A stretch of DNA of 64,000 bases from Lingula anatina (Eukaryota; Animalia; Brachiopoda): assembly GCA_051362555.1 (NCBI GenBank), contig CM120641.1, positions 26,418,401 to 26,482,400 of the forward strand, written 5' to 3'. Made by a program: the position numbers and the translations under genes. The notes below the pieces were generated by a model, which was not told the DNA's origin, ran no database searches, and worked only from the letters and a program-made list of their open reading frames with translations. The first letter of the stretch is position 1, and every line of letters begins with the position of its first letter. Below are positions 57,970-64,000 of the stretch, in pieces.

Positions 57970-60900
57970 TTCTCTCAATTAAAAAAAAAAACAATTTGGT
58001 TTTATTACATAATCTTTAGAAAAAAGTGCACTTTTCTGATTCTTTTTAAATCTGTCATGACAATCCATCCAAAAGATTTCAAAAACTGTGATGTATTTTA
58101 GGTATTTATTAAATATTTTATTAAAGCATTCAGTTTTATTTACACCGAACACTTCTCACAGTTCTGAACTTTAAATAAACCTAATCGCAATAAATTACTC
58201 AATAAATTAACTGGATGACGTGCTTCATCCAATAAATAGAAAAGATGTTTATCCAGTTTTAAGTCTATAGACAGACAACAGGTGTATTTGAAGAGAGGAC
58301 GCTACGGCATAAATATGGCATGACTTTTAACATGTCCAAGTAAAGGGACACAGGCAACCCTTTTAAAATTAATGGTGGATTAAGAAATGAGGAAAGTCTG
58401 TATTAACTAAGTGCACTTCTACCAAGAATGCAAGGTCAGATTGTGCTCGCTAGCTTTTACAGTTACCATTAACAGTATATTTTACCCGTTTGTTTGTTTT
58501 GTAACTGCAATCAGAAACTCAAATGCAGCTTCTAAAATTACCTCGGAAAGCTTCATAATCCACTCTCTTTTTATAATAGCTGAAAAACACCTGCAACATC
58601 AGAAAGGGAAATTAATAAAGAGACATTAGTTCATCTCACTGATTTGTCAGCATGAAGGATGCTAAAAATTACCACAAAATAGTCCACAACCATCCGTCTT
58701 CATAAAAAGGTAAATCAACCGTACTTTCTGATGAAAATTGGAAATTAAGCTAAGCAATCACACATGCTATAGGGCCCTTTATTTCCCAGTCAACAGTGAG
58801 TCATGAATAATAGAGAGATAGTATTTCCCTCGCCTACTTACTTCAGCTGAAGACATTTTATATTGTTGTTAGAGAACTATTCTTAGAAAGATGTTTTCAT
58901 CCTGTTTATCTTACCAAGGCCTGTTTTCAATAAGACTTTCTATCAATATGATCAAAAATACTAAAATAGATGTGGAATTGGGTTTACTCTAATCTTTGAT
59001 GTTTACCTATAGCTAGTATGCTAAAATTATTTCATTTGAACAAAAACATGTGGTCATATTCAGAAAAACAAAGGGATAGAAACCAAAAACAGGGGCGGAT
59101 TCAGAGACATTATCTGACAGTCTTCCAAATTATCTTTGTTGATCCGTTATTCATTTTTGACGGTCTTCCGACAGAAAATATTAGATACCCGTCAATGTAA
59201 ACTTGAAAATCTGACTGTTTGAAGACGCCCTAAATCTGCCCCTGAAAAATGCCAATAAAACCTCCCATCACTGCAGAGTATAATTACACACCCTTCATAT
59301 ATTTTATTTTTCTAAAACCCCTTAACCTCCTGGCAGATGAATTAACACCATTATATGTCAATTTTGATGTCATGATTTTCTCATTTACCAGAACAGTTAT
59401 CACTACATGTTCCATTCTCATGGGATTATGTAGCTAGAATCAGAGAACAGCATCTTGAAATTCTAAAAGGTGTGCTTAAGATTTTATCAGCAAAAATGTG
59501 AAAGTTTGGTCTTAATCAATGGTTGTCTTAAGAAATAGATAGACTTTTAGAGAATAGGTTTAATAAAAATCTAAAAAAGGTAATTTTTTTTACTTCATAG
59601 GTCTCTTCAAAAAAATCCTATGATTGGATCTCAAACAGTTGATAGGTTGTACTGGAAATCAAATATGATCCCTTTGCAAATTAGGAAAAAAGATTAAAAA
59701 GGTAATTGAAGCTTTGTGGGGGAATACCAAAGAGGCTGAGGACTTAGCTGTTAGGATGATGTATGCCATCATCATAGCAATTAAATGTTCACTGAAAATG
59801 ATTTTTACAAGCTTCTTTATGTCATTCACAAAGATCAATATGCAATTTCATGAAAATATATTTTTGCAATTACCACACTTCACACTTAACCAAGAATCAA
59901 TTACAGGCTTACAGTAATTGACTCAATCTTTTCAGTGGGATAATTGTAAATATTACAGATACTGAATATTTTGAGTCATAAATTCTGAAAATTAGAACAT
60001 TCCCATTATGTGGTAACAAGAAAATTGAAAAGTACACTACCCTGTGGTTCTATTCCATACAGTAAAAGTACCACAAATGTTATATGAAGATAATTTTTTT
60101 ATGATTCCAAACTTATGTATCTGTAAGCAGGATAGTTTTCTCTACTGAAAGGATAAAGCCATCACCATATCTTTAAGTCCAAAAATGTTATGTCTTTATC
60201 TCAGACGTCAAGAAAATGATGAACACAAAAGACATGTATAAAAAAAAGTACTCAACATCATGATCTATGGTGAAAGCAATGTACAGTGTATATCCCTCCC
60301 ATAGCTGGCTCAACAAGCACACTGAGATCTTTAATACATTCTTTAGCACCAATTTACTTACATCACATTCAACTCTCAGTGGCTTTGTATGGGAGGTGAA
60401 AGAGGCAGAGATAACTTCACTGCCACCTTTCCCATCATTCCATTGGGCTAACAGGTACCCAGAATACACCTCAACCCCACTGGCCTTCAGGGCATCGTAC
60501 ACTGCGGTCGTCACATCAGGGTTATTGAAGCAGGTTGTCTGAAAATGTGGATAATAAGTCTGATTGGCAAAGTAAACTAAACAACATAACCATGTCACTT
60601 TGTCACTACATTTCAATGTAGAGAGGCTGTTAGTGTAGTATAAAATTAAACTTAAATTTAATATCAATAGAAAATCATTTGAAAGATGAGTTAAATTAAA
60701 AATCAATATAACCATATAACACAGCAAATAAATAATATTAAATAAGTTTCAATTATTATCTTAAATACAAGATTTCTGTAAAAAAAAAAAAAATCATTGC
60801 TTACAGGTCCCTCTAGTGGTGGCTCCACCAGTATAATCTTGTCACCAGGTATTCCCATTTTCATCAATGTCTGCACACAACAGAAGGCATCCAGACTGTT

Positions 60901-62185
60901 TCCATACACCAAGGCCTTGCCTGGAAATGTTTGAATGATATTTGAGTAAACAGTGGTCTGCAGGATCGCTTAAAAAGTGCAAAACTCTAAGAGTTACTTT
61001 TGAGTCTAACAACTCACTTTGATATAATGCGATTTAACACAATAAAAGCTTTTCATTCAAATCACTCATACAAATCAAGTTTATGTGTTTTTTAATAAGT
61101 TTTCTGCTAAACCAGCAGCAGGCTAAAGGGCTTACAAAAGTACTTTTAAACTTTTAAGTACTATCAGAAAGTTGTGATGAGCCAACTGTTAAATTTCATT
61201 CTTTTAAGAGTAAAAAATTCTTTTACCCCCCCCCCACATTGTCTGTGTCGGTTCACTATTGACCCCATGATAAACCTCAACACTAACCTCCCGTGACCAT
61301 CAAGTTATTCTCCACCCAATAAAGTGCCATGGCAGCCTGGTACTCATCATTGATGATAAACACATTGGACGGTGGTGTCCCCTGGTGCCACCTATCTGGA
61401 CTATAGGGGGCCTCGCTGCTGGTCTGCAACTTGCTGATGTCTGCCCCGGTTGGTGCTGGGATCTGGTACTGGGTGCCTGTAGCCAGGATGAGGTGGTCAT
61501 AGGGCACCATTGTGCTGTTGTTCACTATCACATTCTTCTTTTTCCTGATTTAAAATGAGTAAAAGAATGGATAAGCAGAACACATGGGACTCCCAAATCT
61601 CAACCTAGATAAACACTGCAGATCATAAACCATGAAGAAAGGCGTTTTTTTTTTTTTTTTTTTTTTGTGTTTTTTTTTTGTGTGTGTGTGCATGTGTGTG
61701 TGTCATTATGGTTGGATAAAAGGGAGAAAAAATATAAACCAAACCCAGCAGGGACAGATCCAGAGATATTTTCTGACAGTCTTTCAAATTATCTTTGTTG
61801 ATCCATCCTCCATTTCTGACTGTCTTCCAACAAATTCTGACTGTCTTTCGTAAAAGACACAAAAGATGTCTTCTGTTCGTCCCTGTCCAGCATTTGATTT
61901 TCTTTAGCAGAGTGTGAGTTACCTGTCAATGTTTGTCATCTTGCCATACACCACGTTGACCCATGTTCTCAGGGACGACCTGGCATAGTCCTCCTGGTTG
62001 TAGCAGAAACTGGAACAGTCATGAAATATTAATTAATACATAGATAGATAGAAAAAGATATATATATCAATAATAAGCATTTTTGTAGACTACAACAAAG
62101 TGGGAATTTGAGTAGCAGTGGTCATCATGGTTACTAAAAAATGTGTTGTGTTATTTCTTCATGTATCTTGAAATGAAAAAATGTA

Positions 62186-62257
<72 letters not shown>

Positions 62258-63779
62258 CGTGCTTGTGCTTTTGTGTCTGTGTAAAGTACCTGGATCCCAG
62301 AAGTTTGTCTTTGACTTGGTCTGGGGGCAGTTCACCTGGCAGACCACGCGGTGACACCAGGGTGATGTTATTAAACCGGAGGTGAGGACTGAAATAATAA
62401 AAAATAGTGACAATAATAATATAATAATAATAATATTTATTTTGAGTTTAAAGTCCAAATTTCTTCAGTAGTCTTTTTATGATGCAATGTGCACAAATAA
62501 AAACATTAATTAAAGAAAAGAAAAAATTTATTAAAACGGAAAAATTGATTGAAACTTACAAAGTACAAATTTAAAATGTTACTTTATCACTCACTTTAAA
62601 AGGTCATTTATAAAAAAATTCTTTTCATAATTGGTTTCAAAAGATATGTGTTGAGTTTCCTTTTAACATACAAATACCAAGCTTCATATTCAAAACAGCT
62701 TTTGCACATACCTTTTACAATTATAACTGGCTTAATCAAAACTAATAGCATTTACTATAACATGCAGGTAGCCTTAAAATGCACTCACAATTATTTTTGT
62801 CTATAAACATTGTTAAATGTGAAATTTTCCAAGCTAGCAGAATAGTATATGCATATGATAGTATATGATAATAAAGATTATTGCATTATTACCCTTGCCA
62901 TAAACTACTGTACATATAATGTTTTATTGATGATGTTCAAATTCACACAGATTTCTTTTTAATTCCACTTATCTATGGATCCACGTACCAGAACACCAAA
63001 GTCTCCAAAAATGCCACCCCAGTATCCGAGGCTCCCACCACCACAATACGGGCATTAATGACAACCTTCAGAAAAACAAAACAGAAAATGAATATGACAT
63101 ATGAGATCATTAAAAAAAACTTAAATAATAATCTTTAATGTCAGACTTTTAACATGATTACTTCATGATTACTATTATATCTTAACCACTCTGCAAGAAT
63201 TAAATTGTTATTTGACAATATATACAAACATGCACACATTTTCTTGACACTTTTTATACATATTCTTGACATCCCTTGGGAATGGGGTTAAGAAGCCAAC
63301 GTGATGTTTCTTTCTAATCGGTGTCAATCAATTAACTATTTTTAATGCATGCAATGGCCAGTTCTTTCTGCTTCTAGCGCAAGCCCAATATTTAATTTGG
63401 GTTGACTATTGCAGAATAATCCTGAATCAAAGAAGGTCAAAACAATTGTATTAGTAGTTCACTGATTCACCACTTTTCAGTTCTTTCTGCTTCTAGCTCA
63501 AGCCCAATATTTCATTTGTGTTGACTATTGCAGAATAATCCTGAATCAAAGAAGGTCAAAACAATTGTATTAGTAGTTCACTGATTCACCACTTTTCACC
63601 TTTGGTTCCAGAGTAAGTTTTCTGTTAATGTGGCACAATGCATATGGCTCCTTCTCCTGCAGGATCCTCTCAGAGGGAGCATTCTCTCTCAGGTTCTCCA
63701 CAGGGTAGATGATCTGTCTGCGAGCTCGCACAGGTACCAAGTCATTAATGGCTGTTATCAGGGAATGCTTCTCCACAAT
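44865..63779 (-). CDS. CFAP61: Cilia- and flagella-associated protein 61, 3' part (~637 aa), 15 exons: 63779-63600, 63065-62989, 62388-62290, 62009-61923, 61544-61288, 60920-60805, 60538-60362, 58590-58542, 57932-57763, 47829-47706, 47187-47111, 46824-46720, 46287-46184, 45543-45453, 45065-44865; 5' part lies beyond the window
   Basis: All introns are GT-AG with consistent phases. CFAP61 motifs: NRKLTLEPKVVINARIVVVGAS, PHLRFNNITLVS, VPYDHLILATG, AINDACLVYDGKLVID, LFDPTLEP, LYGLHERFLNNL, ETWCLAIFHDRF, C-terminal YNYYHLPMYAKPGMV*. Confidence 0.94.
45453..45543 (-). CDS. CFAP61: CFAP61 exon (YFRETWCLAIFHDRFNDFREEVRELL)
   Basis: tttcag|C ... CCA|gtaagt. Confidence 0.93.
46184..46287 (-). CDS. 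CFAP61: CFAP61 exon (PLDSSNLICLYGLHERFLNNL...GLIKDFYS)
   Basis: cttcag|CCC ... AG|gtagag. Confidence 0.92.
46720..46824 (-). CDS. CFAP61: CFAP61 exon (GWELILG...YFRLHFNQY...ETITCLSKK)
   Basis: ttctag|GGT ... AAG|gtgaga. Confidence 0.92.
47111..47187 (-). CDS. CFAP61: CFAP61 exon (GYYYLHVGKP...QADY)
   Basis: tctcag|GT ... TAT|gtaagt. Confidence 0.92.
47706..47829 (-). CDS. CFAP61: CFAP61 exon (LANTMLSLFDPTLEP...PKIQEAELPG)
   Basis: ttctag|CTT ... G|gttagt. Confidence 0.93.
47877..48141. mobile_element. MITE with ~60-bp terminal inverted repeats and TTA flanks (PIF/Harbinger/Tourist-like)
   Basis: Left AGGACATTTAGAA...TGATCCATGGATCAAATATGGCGGA pairs with right TCCGCCATATTTGATCCGTGGATCA...TTCTGAATGGCCT; TTA at 47874-47876 and 48142-48144. 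Confidence 0.8.
49090..49600. repeat. Degenerate minisatellite, ~26 bp unit (GTATGGTACCACTGAGTACCTCTTGT)
   Basis: Recurring GTACCAC/GAGTA/CTTGT modules at regular spacing. Confidence 0.75.
51370..51604 (+). promoter_or_regulatory. Candidate promoter and non-coding first exon of the nested receptor
   Basis: Local CpG enrichment; ATTGG (CCAAT) and CACGTG boxes; perfect + strand donor GAG|GTAAGT at 51604/51605; the start position is approximate. Confidence 0.5.
52057..52108. repeat. Interrupted (GT)n microsatellite
   Basis: Direct observation. Confidence 0.9.
54277..54344 (+). other. Candidate non-coding internal 5'UTR exon of the nested receptor
   Basis: Long polypyrimidine tract + ttctag acceptor, CAG|gtaggc donor; next strong acceptor (T)n-gcag at 54729 opens the exon that carries the CDS. 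Confidence 0.4.
55231..56250 (+). CDS. Adenosine receptor-like (A2-type) class A GPCR, 339 aa, intronless CDS, nested antisense in a CFAP61 intron
   Basis: Seven hydrophobic segments. Adenosine-receptor signatures: TM1 Glu (AELL) and GN, LALAD, LTQSSIFSLLAIALERF, ECL2 CRFTEVIDMKYMVYFNFF, RELKAAKSL, WLPLHILN, ILSHANSAVNPFIYAY. Confidence 0.93.
   Translation: MSNNSTEGVGQKEYTLLWQIYLAAELLIAVVAIFGNSLVIYVVLKNRRLRTVTNYFITNLALADLLVGLIGIPFAILSDNNLPRDFYGCLLVNSMLVVLTQSSIFSLLAIALERFAAIKSPFKYQALWTKKLAMILNALTWIFSILIGLVPVFGWNLGQPDKDGCRFTEVIDMKYMVYFNFFICVLIPLIIMLLIYGYIFNVVRKQNHQIAALEIKDSPADHTHRRAFRRELKAAKSLSVVIGLFALSWLPLHILNTLTLLCPENCKYPYELLLAAIILSHANSAVNPFIYAYTNSRLHGAIAQVFGCKHTGNYTSSDDIPTVSRRSNAGNHFNTIRTL
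57763..57932 (-). CDS. CFAP61: CFAP61 exon (AINDACLVYDGKLVID...NFNSKEVGTQ)
   Basis: ttatag|CC ... CAG|gtatgt. Confidence 0.94.
57936..57968. repeat. (AAT)n microsatellite directly upstream of a CFAP61 acceptor
   Basis: Direct observation. Confidence 0.95.
58542..58590 (-). CDS. CFAP61: CFAP61 49-nt exon (VFFSYYKKRVDYEAFR)
   Basis: ttgcag|GTG ... G|gtaatt; supplies the phase 0-to-1 link between its neighbours. Confidence 0.9.
59090..59244. mobile_element. Short MITE-like element, TIR CAGGGGCGGATTCAG...CTAAATCTGCCCCTG
   Basis: 15-bp imperfect TIR; internal similarity to the copy at 61749. Confidence 0.75.
60362..60538 (-). CDS. CFAP61: CFAP61 exon (TTCFNNPDV...LAQWNDG...LRVECD)
   Basis: tttcag|ACA ... 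GAT|gtaagt. Confidence 0.92.
60805..60920 (-). CDS. CFAP61: CFAP61 exon (KALVYGNSLDAFCCVQTL...)
   Basis: ttccag|GC ... CCT|gtaagc. Confidence 0.92.
61288..61544 (-). CDS. CFAP61: CFAP61 exon (KKKNVIV...VPYDHLILATGTQYQIP...)
   Basis: aatcag|G ... G|gttagt. Confidence 0.93.
61749..61885. mobile_element. Second, diverged copy of the 59090 element
   Basis: Shared CAGAGAyATT-TCTGACAGTCTTyCAAATTATCTTTGTTGATCC core; ends CAGGGAC...GTCCCTG. Confidence 0.7.
61923..62009 (-). CDS. CFAP61: CFAP61 exon (FCYNQEDYARSSLRTWVNVVYGKMTNIDR)
   Basis: ttccag|T ... AG|gtaact. Confidence 0.92.
62189..62253. repeat. (GT)n microsatellite
   Basis: Direct observation. Confidence 0.97.
62290..62388 (-). CDS. CFAP61: CFAP61 exon (PHLRFNNITLVSPRGLPG...)
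   Basis: tttcag|T ... AG|gtactt. Confidence 0.92.
62989..63065 (-). CDS. CFAP61: CFAP61 exon (VVINARIVVVGASDTGVAFLETLVFC; Rossmann-like start)
   Basis: ctgaag|GTT ... TG|gtacgt. Confidence 0.92.
63361..63598. repeat. Near-perfect 119-bp tandem duplication abutting a CFAP61 splice donor
   Basis: 63361-63479 vs 63480-63598, three substitutions seen. Confidence 0.95.
63600..63779 (-). CDS. CFAP61: CFAP61 exon (IVEKHSLI...HINRKLTLEPK)
   Basis: ctcag|ATT ... AAG|gtgaaa on the minus strand. Confidence 0.9.
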
Positions 63780-64000
63780 CTGAGAACAGGAAAGAATGGG
63801 TTTAGGTAAAATTATGGGGTATTCTAAAATCTCTAAATACTACCAATATACAATTATTGTTATTGTTACCAGTAAGAGAAAAGATCACTGATTAACCTTA
63901 TTAGGACCACTTTATAACTGAACAAAATGATTCTGAAATATTGCACCTCTATGTAATGATAACTGGGATAGAAATGCCATTATAAAGCAAAAAGGGAAGT

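Noticed and set aside
58680-58750. Minus-strand stretch initially considered for the short CFAP61 exon
   Set aside because: The exon at 58542-58590 has proper splice sites, the right phase and a better motif match (VDYEAFR).

Overview
AT-rich, intron-rich animal genomic DNA, probably invertebrate (inferred from gene content, long microsatellites and a patchy CpG pattern; the taxon cannot be fixed from the sequence). Exon models were built by hand from GT/AG sites and frame continuity. (1) A + strand KIF26-family (kinesin-11) gene with 12 linked coding exons from 16352 to 35175. At least three candidate alternative ATG-bearing first exons (1021, 5512, 13602) all splice in frame to it. (2) The 3' part of a - strand CFAP61 gene, 15 exons from 63779 to 44865, continuing beyond the window. 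(3) An intronless adenosine-receptor-like GPCR (55231-56250, +) nested antisense in the ~9.9 kb CFAP61 intron, with candidate non-coding 5' exons. (4) A CpG-rich ~7 kb interval between the convergent KIF26 and CFAP61 3' ends. It appears to hold two convergent three-exon small-ORF/lncRNA-like units with weak mutual similarity, separated by a 36-bp minisatellite; this is the least explained and most novel-looking element. Also present: several MITE-like elements, minisatellites, microsatellites and local duplications at splice sites. No CRISPR array, tRNA or rRNA gene was recognised.
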